Origin: Rebecca billardiae RCC1528
Lineage: Eukaryota > Protista > Haptophyta
Assembly: GCA_965240325.2 (NCBI GenBank)
Contig: OZ251234.1
Span: 1,922,001 to 1,986,000 of the forward strand
DNA: 64,000 nucleotides
Direction: 5' to 3'
Numbering within the stretch: the stretch's first letter is position 1; each line of letters opens with the position of its first letter. Of this stretch, positions 39,860-50,822 are shown one piece after another. The position numbers were made by a program, and so were the translations under genes. The notes under the pieces are model-generated. The model was not told where the DNA came from. It did not search any database and saw nothing but the letters and a program-made list of their open reading frames with translations.

Positions 39860-41620
39860 TCACTGCTGCTTCCGATTCGGACCAGTGCTCCACAACTTCC
39901 AGAGCGGGGCTGGGATACGCCAAGTGCGCCACAACTTTGCAGCTTCTAGCCCCTGCTCAGGGCGATGCGTGTGCGATGAGTTCGTGCGGAGATTGGCCGC
40001 CAACGCGCCCAGGCCTTTGCGGAACCCGGCCAGCTCCGTGCGCAAGCGGCCCTCTGCGTGGAGTTCTGAGAGGACCATGTCCACGAAGGCCTCGCGGCAG
40101 CCGTGGCAGTAGTAGTGGCGGTTGTCGGTGGTGCAGTCGGCGCGCATGTGCCCCAGGGCGGCCATGTCTGCAACGAGCCATCCGCGGGGCGTTGCAGCCA
40201 GGTGCATAGCGTGAAGACACTCGAGACGCTGGAGCGTGCGGCACAAATAGAAGCCACTCAGCTCACCCCTTCTCCACTGCGTGGGGGGGCTCGTCTTGAG
40301 GACCAGCGCAGTGCCCAGACCAGCGAGCGCACTCGTCCACGCGTTCAGCACCGCGTACTCCGACCGCAAGGCCTCCTCGAGCTTGGACGGCGCCTTCAGG
40401 TGCTCGATGAGGTGGAGCCCGCGGTTGTACACGAGCGCGGAGGGCCCGTGCCTCATGAGGGTGGCGAACACAGCCGGGGGCAAGTAGTGCTTCAGGCACT
40501 TAAAGTGGTCATCTGCGTACGCGCTGCCATTGGCAAAGCCGCGCAAGTCGCTCCACGCCCAGTCGTGGAGGAGGTGCGTGATCAGCACCCTCGCGCGTGG
40601 CACCCAGAAGGCGACCGTGACCTGCTTGCCCAGGCCACACTGCCACAGGTCGGCACTCTGCACCTCGAAGCGCTCCCTCTCCATGAACGCCTGCACTAGC
40701 GTGTACACCGTGGTGCGCATCATGGACATGCCGACAAAGTGCAGCCACCGCCCCCGCAGCGCGCGGATGGGGTCGTCGGGCGACGCTGGCGCACGGGTCG
40801 CGTTCCCCAGCGGCGCCCAGACCAAGGGCGCTGGAGACCTGGCGTCGGCCAGGCTGGCCAGCATCGGCAGGGGCCTCATCCATCTCCCAACACACGTCTC
40901 CCGGAGTCGGCTCCCAGGCCGGCTCGCAAGTTTCCAACCCCAACGAGTCGAGGTGGAGTTCGCGGTGCCAAACGTCGTCGGCGCGGTGGCGACATCCCAT
41001 CCACGCGCTGCCCGCCACGCCGCGTCCTCTTTGAGCGAGCTGCGCGCCACGTGCACGCGGTAGGGCGTGCCGTCGGCACTGCGAACCGGTGTGAGCTCCA
41101 GCCAGGTCTCCTGCACCTTGCAGGCGGTGGTGCTCCTGCACTGGTCATACTCCAAGGCGATGAGCAGGTCGTACACGCCCGCCAGCCAGCCAGAGTGGAA
41201 GACGACCCCGTACGTCCCGTCCATGTTATCGAGCACCCGTGCGGGGAGCATGGCGGGGCCGACAAGGCCCGCGCGGAAGCTCGCGCCGCCTGTCGTGCAG
41301 GCGCTTCCATTGGCCGCTGCGTCGGCGGCGACGAGGGTGAAGCGGGCGGCTGCGCCCAGCGGCACGCGGGCCGGGTCGGCGGTGTTCGCCGGCGACCGCA
41401 GCTCGCGGAGGTAGCTTGCGGATGCATCCACCTTGCACAGCTGGGTCGAGTTGGTGGTGGCGCACATGTAGAAGGGTGCGCACTCATCGAGGCGCAACGG
41501 GTGGACCGGCAAGCTGCTGGTTGAGTCGCTCGGCGTGACCCAGCACGCCAGCACCAGAAGCCCCCAGGAGGTCGCGCGCGGCGGCCGCTCGCCAGGCCTC
41601 TCCTTGCTCGGTCGGCTCAT
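39860..41620 (-). CDS. NXPE / PC-esterase-like protein (Ig/filamin-like domain + SGNH-type O-acyltransferase/esterase domain)
   Basis: N-terminal hydrophobic segment. GGASFRA...VLDNMDGTYGVVF...GVYDL. RGRWLHFVGMSMMR (GDS-like). C-terminal DNRH (DxxH). Confidence 0.75.
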   Translation of the reverse strand: MSRPSKERPGERPPRATSWGLLVLACWVTPSDSTSSLPVHPLRLDECAPFYMCATTNSTQLCKVDASASYLRELRSPANTADPARVPLGAAARFTLVAADAAANGSACTTGGASFRAGLVGPAMLPARVLDNMDGTYGVVFHSGWLAGVYDLLIALEYDQCRSTTACKVQETWLELTPVRSADGTPYRVHVARSSLKEDAAWRAARGWDVATAPTTFGTANSTSTRWGWKLASRPGSRLRETCVGRWMRPLPMLASLADARSPAPLVWAPLGNATRAPASPDDPIRALRGRWLHFVGMSMMRTTVYTLVQAFMERERFEVQSADLWQCGLGKQVTVAFWVPRARVLITHLLHDWAWSDLRGFANGSAYADDHFKCLKHYLPPAVFATLMRHGPSALVYNRGLHLIEHLKAPSKLEEALRSEYAVLNAWTSALAGLGTALVLKTSPPTQWRRGELSGFYLCRTLQRLECLHAMHLAATPRGWLVADMAALGHMRADCTTDNRHYYCHGCREAFVDMVLSELHAEGRLRTELAGFRKGLGALAANLRTNSSHTHRPEQGLEAAKLWRTWRIPAPLWKLWSTGPNRKQQ

Positions 41621-41749
41621 CGCCGAGGAGGAGCATCGTCCTTCTGGACCCCCCTCGGCATAAAGCTGTGTTCACCAGAAAACTGTAGGCTTTTTTTAGC
41701 GGTGCCGCGCGGTAAGTCGCTCATCGAGTCCTTGGCCTCTGACTGCGGC

Positions 41750-43492
41750 ATGGCGCCAATCACGCCGGCGGCCACGCGCAGCGCCGCCCGGGGCCGTCGC
41801 CGGCTCGTCGGCGTCTTCCTGTGGAGCGTGGGCTCGGCGGGGCTCCAGCTGCCGCGGCTGCTCTCGAACAACGCGGTCCTGCCGCGCGCGCCGACCGCGC
41901 CGCTGCTCTGGGGCCACGCCGGCACGCCGGGCGAGCGCGTGCTCGCGGTGCTGCGCGGCGCGGGCGGCGAGCCGGTCGAGAACGCGAGCGCCGTCGTCGA
42001 CGCGCGCGGGCGGTGGAGCGTGAGCCTGTCGCCCCGCCCCGCCTCCGTCACGCCGCACGCGCTGCATATCACGGCGCCCTCATGCCCGCGCGGCCTTCTC
42101 GTTGAGAACGTTCTCTTCGGAGACGTGTGGCTGTGCGCCGGCCAGTCCAACATGGAGATGTCGTACGACCAGGCGCTGCACGCGGCGCGGGACTGGCGCG
42201 CGGCGCAGCGCGTGGCGGTGTGGCGTGGCGTGCGCGTGCTCGGCGTGACCTTCGCCGCGCGCGACGAGCCCGCGGACGACGTCCGCACTGCCGGCTGGCA
42301 GCTGACGCATAACATGCGCACAGTCCGCCATTTCTCGGCCCTCGGCTTCATGGCGGGCTGGCGGCTGTGGGAGGCGCTCGGCGGGCGCGTGCCCGTCGGG
42401 CTGATCCAGGCGACGCGGGGCGGGCAGGAGATCCAGTGCTTCGCGCCGCCCGCCGCCCTCGCCGACCGCACCTGCGGCGGCACGCGCGACACGGCCGGCG
42501 GCCCGCCGGCTGCGGCGGCAGCGGCGGCGTGGTGGCTCGGCGGGGCGGATGGGGGCGCCGACGGCGGCGCGGGGAACGGCACGGCGACGGCCGCGCTGCC
42601 AGCGGTGAACCGCACGCGCGCGTCGAAGATGTGGTTCGGCATGTTCCACCCGCTGCGCGCCCTCGCCCTCTCCGGCGTGCTCTGGTACCACGGCGAGGCC
42701 GACCATGCGCGGCCGCGCGAATACAGCTGCACGTTCCCCGCGCTCGTGGCGGCGTTCCGGCGCGAGCTGCGGCACGCGCGCATCGAGGGCGGCGCGGGCG
42801 CGCTGCCGTTCGTGTTCGTGCAGCTCGCGGCGTACGCGCCGCTCGACTTCAGCGCCGTGCGCCTTGCGCAGCTCGCCGCCCTCCGCCTGCCCGCCGTTGG
42901 CTACGCCACCGCCCTCGACCTCGGAGACCCGAGCGCGCCGCTCGGCGGCGCCACGTTGATAGGCATCCACCCGAGGCACAAGCGGCCGCTGGCGAGGCGG
43001 CTGCTCGCGGTGGTGCTCGCGGTGGCGTACGGGCGGCGTGGGGTGCTGACGTCGGGCCCGGTGCTCGCGCGCGCGAAGCGCACGCCCGAGCGCGACCGGA
43101 TCACCCTCCACTTCCTCCCGGACTCGGCGCGCGGCGGTTTGCGCGCGGCGGGCACGCTTGGCTGCGACGCGTGCTGCGGCCGCAGCCCGTTCGAGGTGCT
43201 GCCGCGCGGCGAGCGCGCGGCGTGGGCGCGCGCGCCGTTCGAGCTGGTGGCGGAGCCGTCGGGGAACGGCTCCGCCGTCGTCGTCTCCGGCGCCCGGAAC
43301 GCCGTCGCGCTGCGGTACGCGTTCGAGCCGTACCCGCAGTGCGCGCTCTACAACGGGCGAGGCACACCCGGGCCCAACCACACGGCCGGCGAATTCGCCG
43401 CCGGGCCGTTTGTGCTCGAGCTCGAGCGCGACGGCCCGACGGGGAGTGTGATGCCGCTGGGCACGGTCTCGGACGTGCAGCGGAGGGCGTAG
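41750..43492 (+). CDS. SIAE: Sialate O-acetylesterase (SIAE/SASA family)
   Basis: LPRLLSNNAVL...LWG, NVLFGDVWLCAGQSNM, FSA, VPVGLI, LWYHGEAD, PFVFVQLA, IHPRHK, LRYAF. Confidence 0.85.
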   Translation: MAPITPAATRSAARGRRRLVGVFLWSVGSAGLQLPRLLSNNAVLPRAPTAPLLWGHAGTPGERVLAVLRGAGGEPVENASAVVDARGRWSVSLSPRPASVTPHALHITAPSCPRGLLVENVLFGDVWLCAGQSNMEMSYDQALHAARDWRAAQRVAVWRGVRVLGVTFAARDEPADDVRTAGWQLTHNMRTVRHFSALGFMAGWRLWEALGGRVPVGLIQATRGGQEIQCFAPPAALADRTCGGTRDTAGGPPAAAAAAAWWLGGADGGADGGAGNGTATAALPAVNRTRASKMWFGMFHPLRALALSGVLWYHGEADHARPREYSCTFPALVAAFRRELRHARIEGGAGALPFVFVQLAAYAPLDFSAVRLAQLAALRLPAVGYATALDLGDPSAPLGGATLIGIHPRHKRPLARRLLAVVLAVAYGRRGVLTSGPVLARAKRTPERDRITLHFLPDSARGGLRAAGTLGCDACCGRSPFEVLPRGERAAWARAPFELVAEPSGNGSAVVVSGARNAVALRYAFEPYPQCALYNGRGTPGPNHTAGEFAAGPFVLELERDGPTGSVMPLGTVSDVQRRA

Positions 43493-43515
43493 GCCGCGGG
43501 TGCGTCGCGTGGCCA

Positions 43516-44612
43516 GCGTCATCTGGAAGCTCGTCGAGGCGTGCGCCCGCGTCAAATCTCGCGAGCGAGATTGCTTCCGGGTCGTGAGCCGGATGCTGGC
43601 GCCGGCGAGCGGCTCGGCGGTGACGCTCGCACCGGCGATGCTCGGGCTCGAGCCGCGGCTGACGGAGGGCGGGATCGGCGCCGCGCGCGTCACGCAGCTC
43701 GGCGCGCGCCTTGCGCAGGCCTGCCTCGCCCTCCCGCCGCACGCGTGCCAGCCGCTCGTCGCCTCCTTCCACAAAGCGCCGCCGGCCGCGTTCGTTCGCT
43801 GGGCGACGGACGTGGCGGGCTCGCGCGCGCTCGAGGCGCTGTTCAGCGCGCCGGGCTGCCCGGCGGCGGCGCGGGTGCCGCTGGCGCGCAAGCTGAAGGG
43901 CGAGGCGGCGCGGCTGGCGCGCGACCGCTGCGCCTCGCACGTCCTCGAGCGCTGCTTCGCCGCCGTCGACGTCGACGCCAAGCGCACCATCCTCGATGAG
44001 CTGGTCGCGGCCGAGCCGGCGCTCGCGTCGTCGTCGCACGCGGCGCTCGTGCTGCGCCGGCTGCGCGTCTCGGAGTACAAGCGGCGGCGGGGCGAGGTGC
44101 TGGACGAGGCAGCGCACGAGGACACGCGCCGGGGCATGTTGGCGGAGATCCTCGACGACGACGACGCGCCCGCCGCGCCCGACGGCGGAGCCGACGGCGG
44201 CGCCGAGCGCGCGCGCGCGACGGCGGGCGCCGACGGCGGCACGGACGCCGCGCTCTCGCGCGCGCGAGAGCTGGGTGGCGGCGCGCTCGACTCGATCGTC
44301 GGCGCGCTGGGCTACAGGCCCACCGACGGCGCGGCGGCCGCGGCCGCGGCGGAGGAGGCCGCGGCCACCGCGGCGCTGTCGCGCCCCGCCGCCGCCGCCA
44401 CCGCCGCGTCCAAGCAGGCCGCCGCGCACGAGTTTGCGTTCCTGGCCGACGTGCTCGGCGGCGCGGCGAGCGCCAAGGCCAAGCGCAAGTCTCGCAAGCG
44501 CAGCCGCGAGGCAGAGGCGGCGAAGGGTGGTGCGGCGGGCGCGGCGCAGCACGCGGCGGGCAAGGCGTCCGAACGCGCGGCCGCCAACAAGAAGAAGTTC
44601 GCCATGTCCTGA
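43516..44612 (+). pseudogene. NOP9: 5'-truncated duplicate of the NOP9 3' half (similarity continues into the 3' UTR to about 44740)
   Basis: Near-identical to about 34688-35796, with a few substitutions and one fewer GGAD repeat. No ATG and no 5' half. Confidence 0.85.
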
Positions 44613-45169
44613 CCGTTGCTTGATCTCGCCGTGGCGGCGCTGTGCCTGCTATGACACGAGCCGACCTGCACCTGAGCACCGGCAGGATACTACTGTAGCT
44701 CGGGACACGCGTGCGGAGGCGCATAACGCCGCGCGCTCTATCACTAGAGGTAGTGATGATTGAGCAGGGCGAGGCCGAGAGCGGAGAGGGCGAGACTCCC
44801 GACGGCCGCGCCGGGACGCCTCGAGCTCGGCTCTCATGCCTCTGTGCAGGCTGTGCTCACGGACAGCGGAGTCGCTGCGCGACTGCTTGCGCCTTGCTGC
44901 CGCACTGCCAGTCGGCGGCCAGTCCCAGAAGTCGGAGCGGCGTCGTCAGAGCTGCGCCTGCGCAGTCGCTGATGATCAATCATCCTCACAGTCACACTCT
45001 CAGCCGCTGCGCCTGCGGTAGCTTAGTGCGGTACCGAACCGTACGACTAGGGCGGTACTGCAGCTGCTGAGTGCTGGTCCGTAATGCCTCGCCCTCGGGT
45101 CCCGCGCCACTCTCAAGCCTCGCCGGGACCCATCATGCTGCCCGTCGGTACATATTGGAATATGGTAGA

Positions 45170-45304
45170 AATTATATTATTATTATCCGTATTATTATCC
45201 TTATTATCCTTATTATTATCCTTATTATTATCCTTATTATTATTATTATAAATCCTTATACTTAGTATAAGTATTAGTATTAGTATTAGTATTAGTATTA
45301 GTAT

Positions 45305-45366
<62 letters not shown>

Positions 45367-45466
45367 TTAGTATTAGTATTAGTATTAGTATTAGTATTAG
45401 TATTAGTATTAGTATTAGTATTAGTATTAGTATTAGTATTAGTAATATTAGTATAATTATAATAAT
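45170..45466. repeat. Compound microsatellite (TTA)n/(TTAGTA)n/(TAG)n
   Basis: Read directly from the sequence. Confidence 0.95.
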
Positions 45467-47146
45467 AAACTGTGCCCTGGCGGGCGGGGGGGTCGGCGGG
45501 CCGTGCCAGTGCTGTCGCAATGTTTCCTCTGCGGGTTCGCGTCTTTCTACAGCATTCGCTCGTGGTCGTGGGTGACGGACAGTCGGACCAGTGACACCTG
45601 TGAAGTCGTTCTCGGACCACGTGCGGTACGCGTCCGTGCGCATCGGCAGCGAGGCCCACACCCACGAGGGAACGTGCAGCACGCGGAGCGGGGCGGGTAG
45701 CCCGTTGCTCCGCGCAAGCGCGGGTACGCGCTGTATGTGCCGCATCTCGACCGCGATGGCGTAATCGAGCGCCTCGCCGCCGACGAAGCCGCCAGAGTAG
45801 ATCGTGTGCATGTCCTCCTGCCGCCAGCCGAGAGCGGTCGTCGCGAGGATGCTTGCCGATGTCCGCTCCGAACATGATGGGCTCGGCGCAGGTCGCGTTG
45901 ACGTCGTACACGGCCGCCACGCTGAGCACGAGCGCGTTGACGTTCACGCGGTCGTCGCTCTTCGCATCTTCGACAGGTGTGGCGCTCGCGTGTTCGGCGG
46001 CACGAGGAGCTGTTGGTTGTGCGCGCGCGCGCGCACAGCGACAGCGTGTGCCACTCGCGATCGAGAGTGGGCACGAGCTGCTCACGCAGGCACACGAATC
46101 GCAGCGCATCCGTCACCGGCGTGACGACTTCCGCCTCGTCCCGCAGCGCCTGCGCCATGGACGAGGATGGCGCGTCGATGTTGCATGCTCGACGTTTCAT
46201 CTCTCTGCGGATGGCATCACGGGCTTGTCTGCGTCGCGCTGCGGCGAGGGTCGCCAACTCGCGAAGACGCGGTTGCTGCCACGGCGACAGACCCGGGAGG
46301 TGCGTCCGCTGCGCGTCGTACGCCGTTGGCGCTGCGCTTCCGTCGCATTGGTCACCGTCGACGCCATGCACGGCGGACGCGGGCTTCGTTCGGATGAGGG
46401 ACCGCGAGCGACAGTCCGGTGCGAGGATTCCGGCGATCGAGTTGTTGCGCCAGCTGGACAGACGCTCTCCGGTCTTTTCAGATCTGCGCTTTTCAAAAAG
46501 AAATGTTCCGCGCTCTGTCCCACGGCAAAGCGCGGCGGATGGCCCCCTAGTGGCCGCGGCATGGGCCCCAGCGTGCAGGCGGCACGGCCACGCCGCTCGG
46601 CCGCGGCGACCGATCTCGCACGCGTCCTTGCGGCGCGAAAGGGCATCCCAGCTGCGGTCATTCGCCTTGTGCGTCGGGAGAGAGCTGCACGGCGTGCACA
46701 CACGTCGCCCGCCGCGCGGCCGGGCGTGCGCCGAAAGCGGCACAGCGAGAGAGGGCCCCGATCCGAGTGCAGGTCTCGCCGGGGCCCTCCACAAGTCCAA
46801 GGATCCTGGGTCTTGGGTCCTTCGCGTTTGTCCAGCTGGCGCAACGCTCCGTTGCGTCGCGTGCGATGGCGCTTCCCGCCCGCGAGACACCTCGTGATGA
46901 GGGCCTTTCCGCACCGAGCCCGACGCGCGGCGGTGGATCGCGCGAGGTGGCTGTCGAACGCAGCGCTTGATGCTATGGCCCGTGCGAGCGCTCGACGTGC
47001 AAGTCGGGCGAGGACCGCCCCAGGTCGCACGATCGTGTCGACGCGCCGAGCGTACCTCCAAACGCGTCGACTTTGGCCCCCGTTCGACCTGCACGCGAGA
47101 CGACGAGGGCAGCAATCGCGAATCGGGCGAAAACACCGTTCGGGAA
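45467..47146. mobile_element. Hairpin-ended repeat family, copy B (truncated at the right), with decayed orphan ORF
   Basis: Starts AAACTGTGCCCTGGCGGGC after the TAA-rich tract. Colinear with 37350-38360 and 39483-39690. Confidence 0.75.
46444..46845. mobile_element. About 400-bp insert with 22-bp terminal inverted repeats (MITE-like)
   Basis: GTTGCGCCAGCTGGACAGACGC ... GCGTTTGTCCAGCTGGCGCAAC (1 mismatch). Absent from copies A and C. No TSD seen. Confidence 0.65.
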
Positions 47147-47381
47147 TTTCAGAAATTGCCGCCCGCCATCATTCTCGGCGAGGTGCCTCGGCGTGCTTCG
47201 AACGCCCCGGTTGCAGGGCCCTTGTGCCGGAAGGTTGTCTCCCATTCGTCGACGGCTCGTCGTCTTGATCATCAATAGAGGGGCGTCTGGCCAGGTCTGG
47301 CCTGCCCGTGCGGTGCTGCCCCGCCGCCGCCGCCGGCCGGCTCACGATATTGTTGTGTGGACGGCGCGCACGCCCGCGTCC

Positions 47382-47919
47382 ATGGACGAGTGGGCCGAGC
47401 GCTGCCCCGCGCCGCCGAGCCGCAAGCACTGCGGGCTCGCGGCGAGCACGTGGACGCCGAATGACTTCACATCCCCCAAAGAGCCAGCCTGGGTCGGCGC
47501 GCAGCACGCCGCCGAGCACGCGCGCGCCGCGCTCGCGGACGCGCAAGCACTGATCAGGTCAGCTGTCGCGGCCGGCGGCGGCGGCGGCGACGACCGCCCT
47601 GGCGGCGTGGACGCCGCGCTGCTCGCGCGCAGAGACGCGCTACGTGCAGACCTCGCCGCCGCGCTCGAGCACCTCCTCGCCGCGCTCGAGAGCGGCGGCG
47701 CGGGCCGCGCGCCGAGCAAGGCGGCGGCCCCGTGCGCAGACGCTGCGGCGGCAGAGCTGCGCGCGCTGCGTGCGCTTCCGCCCGCAGAGCGGGTGCGCGG
47801 CGGCGAGCTGCGCGAGTGCGAGGAGGCCGTGCGCCGCGAGCAGCGCGCGCTCATGCGCGCCCGCCACGCGCTCGAGGACGCCGAGCTCGACGCGGCCGAC
47901 GGCGGCGACGACGACGACG

Positions 47920-47954
<35 letters not shown>

Positions 47955-50417
47955 CACAGCTCCGACAGCGCCGCCGCCGCCGGGCTCGAGGCGCTCCGAC
48001 GCGGCGTGGACGCGGCGCGCGTGAGCGCGCAGCGCGCGGCGCGCGCGCGAGAGGCGGCGCTCGACCGCCTCTTCGAGTGGGCCGCGGGGCCGTGCCCGGA
48101 GCTGCCGGCTCTACTGCCGCGCGTGTTTGGCGGCGGCGGCGCACTTCCCGTGCGCGCGGCAGCGGCGAGGCTGGGCGGCGAGGGGCTGGCGCAGTTCGCG
48201 GCTGCGGAGTGGCCGCCGGGCGCGGCGCCGGGGCCGACGCGGCACCGCGTGCTCCCCCGCGCGCGCGGCGCCCAACGCGTCGTGCTCAAGGAGTACCCGC
48301 TCGGCAGCGACGCCGAGCGCAGCCGGCTCGAGCGAGCGGTTGCCGTGTCGCGCGCCAACGCGCACCCGCACGTTGCGCGCGTGCTGGGCGTGGTGCTGGC
48401 GCGGGGCGAGGCGGGCGGCGGGGCGTGCGACGGCGGGCGCGCGTACGTGTGCATGCCGCTCTACTCGGGCGGCACGCTGCGCGCGTGGCTCGACAGCGAC
48501 GCGCGTGCCTGCGCGCCGGCCGACGCGGTGCGCGGCGCGCCGCCGCTTGCGTTTCTGGACCCGCGCCACCCGGCAGTCGCTCCGGTGCGGGTGCGCGCGC
48601 TGCGCGAGCTGCTGAGCGCGCTGGCGCACCTGCACGCGCGCGGCGTGGTGCACGGCGCGCTCACGCTCGAGAACGCCCTCGTGCAGCTGCCCGGTGACGA
48701 CGACGGCGACGACGACGAAGGCGGCGCCGCGGGCCCGGGCGGAGGCGGCGACGGCGGCGGCAGCGCGCTCGCGCCGGGCGAGAGGTTCCGCGTCGTGCTC
48801 AGCGACTTTGACCTGGCGCGCGCGGACGACGACGCGAGCGGCCGCGCGCCCACGCCGCCGCGGCAGACGGAGCACGCGCCCGGGGCGGACGCGCCCGCCG
48901 ATGCGGGCGCGGACGATGACGCCAGCGGCCGCGCGCCCGCACCCGGGCCGCAGCAGCGCGCGGCCGCGCCGGCGGGCACGGCGGCGGCGGGTGCGCGCTC
49001 GGGCGGCGGCGCCGCGGCCGATCGGCTCGTGCCGCCGGAGCTGGCCGGCGGCGCGGCGCGTGCGAGCGCGGCGTCCGACGTGTTCTGCTTCGCCGTGTGC
49101 GCGCTCAGCGCCCTCGCCGCCGACGCGCCGACCCGCGCCGAGCTGCTCCGCTCGCTCGAGGGCGCGCGCCGCGCCGCGGCCGCGCTCGGCGAGCCTTTGC
49201 TGTGCGCCGCGCTGCGCGCCGAGCCGGGCGCGCGGCCGAGCGCGGACGCGCTAGAGAGCGCGGCGCTGTTCCGCGCGGCGGACGACGCGCTGGCCGCGGC
49301 GGAGCGCGCGCGGCAGGCGGCTGCCGCGGCGGAGCGCTCCGCGCGGCGGGAGTGCGTCGTGTGCTTTGACGACTTCTCGCCGAGCGCGGGCGCGGACTGC
49401 GTGCGCGCCGAGGAGGAGGCCGCGGCGGGCGGCGCGGGCGCGGCGGCGGCGGCTGAGGCGGGCGCGGCGGGCGGCGAGGCCGGCGAGGCCGCGCCCTCGC
49501 CGCGCCGCGGCCACTTCGTCTGCGACGAGTGCCTCTCCGCGCACGTCGAGGCCGCCGCCGCTGCCGACGGCCGGCTCGGCGCCGACGGCCGCGTGCGCTG
49601 CGTCGGTCACTGCTGCGACCGCACGTACTCGCACGCGCAGCTCGCGCGGCACGTGACCCGCGGCGCGTTCGGCGCGTACCTGGCCGCGCGCGAGCAGCTG
49701 GCGGAGGCGAGGATCGCGTTCGAGATCGGGCACGACGTCGAGGCGCGCGTGCACTCGGAGGTCGAGCGCCTCTCCAAACTGCCCGCCGCCGAGCGCGCCG
49801 CGGCGATGCGCCGGCAGCACATCATCGAGTGCCTTCTGCCGCTCGCGTGCCCGCGCTGCGGCATGGTGTTTGCCGAGTGGCTCGACGGCACGCGCGGCTT
49901 CCAGGGCTGCTGCGCGCTCGAGTGCGGCCGGCGCGGCTGCGGCTGCCACTTCTGCGCGTACTGCCTCGCCGACTGCGGCGAGAACGCGCACCGCCACGTG
50001 CGCAACTGCGAGCACGGCAACGGCACCTACTTCGCCTCGCGCGCCGAGTTTGAGGGCGCGCAGCAGGCGCGGCGCGTGCGCGAGCTGCGCCGGTACGTGC
50101 GCGCGGAGGCGGCGGAGGACGGCCGGCTCGGCGCGGCGATCGTGCGCAGCGTGGAGCGCGAGCTGCGCGACCTGGGCGTCGACGCCGACGCCGTGCTCGC
50201 CGGCATGCACGCACCCGCGCCGGGCGCGGCCGAGCCGGGCGCGGGCGCGGAGCGCGGCGGCCCGTGCGATGCACGCGGCGGCGGCGGCGGCGCCGCCGCC
50301 GCCGCGTCTGCGTCCGCCGACGGCGCGGGCAGCGCGGCGGGGCCCTCGCGCGCGGGCGGCGGCTACGCGCACCGGGGCAGCCGCGCCGGCGCCTCCTCCT
50401 CGTTCCAGACCGGCTGA
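47382..50417 (+). CDS. Pseudokinase fused to RING1 and Rcat(RING2)-like domains (RBR-type E3 ligase-like)
   Basis: Kinase motifs VVLKEY, HPHVARV, LHARGVVHGALTLENAL, VLSDFDLA, PPE, SDVFCF. RING1 CVVC...HFVCDEC...RC...C. Rcat CPRC...GCCALEC...CHFCAYC...H...C. Confidence 0.78.
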
Positions 50418-50707
50418 TCAGCAGTGCCAGCTCAGGTGATGAGCAGTGGGGGCCGCCAGTGGGCCACATAGTGGTAGCTCCGCAGGTTTCGGGATGCGCT
50501 ACTCGGGCTGCGCTTATGACACTAGTTCTACCACGGCCCTGCATTCGGTGACGGGCCGCCGCGGCGGGCAGGTACTAGGTAGGCACTGACCGAGCGCGCG
50601 GGCTGGGCCGGCGGGCGGATCTGTCCGTGCCGACAATCATCCGCGTGACTACTGACTCATATTCTGAGGCTGACGGGCGGCTGATGAGTGATGGACCTGC
50701 CTGCCTG

Positions 50708-50708
<1 letters not shown>

Positions 50709-50783
<75 letters not shown>

Positions 50784-50822
50784 ATCTATCTATCTATCTA
50801 TATATATATATATATATATATA
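50709..50822. repeat. (CTAT)n + (TA)n microsatellite
   Basis: Read directly from the sequence. Confidence 0.95.

Noticed and set aside
43492-43520. Esterase-NOP9 fusion protein
   Set aside because: The esterase ends in TAG at 43490-43492, the NOP9 copy is in a different frame, and no convincing splice sites join them.
45260-45445. Telomere repeat
   Set aside because: The unit is TTAGTA/TAG, not a TTAGGG-type repeat, and it is internal.
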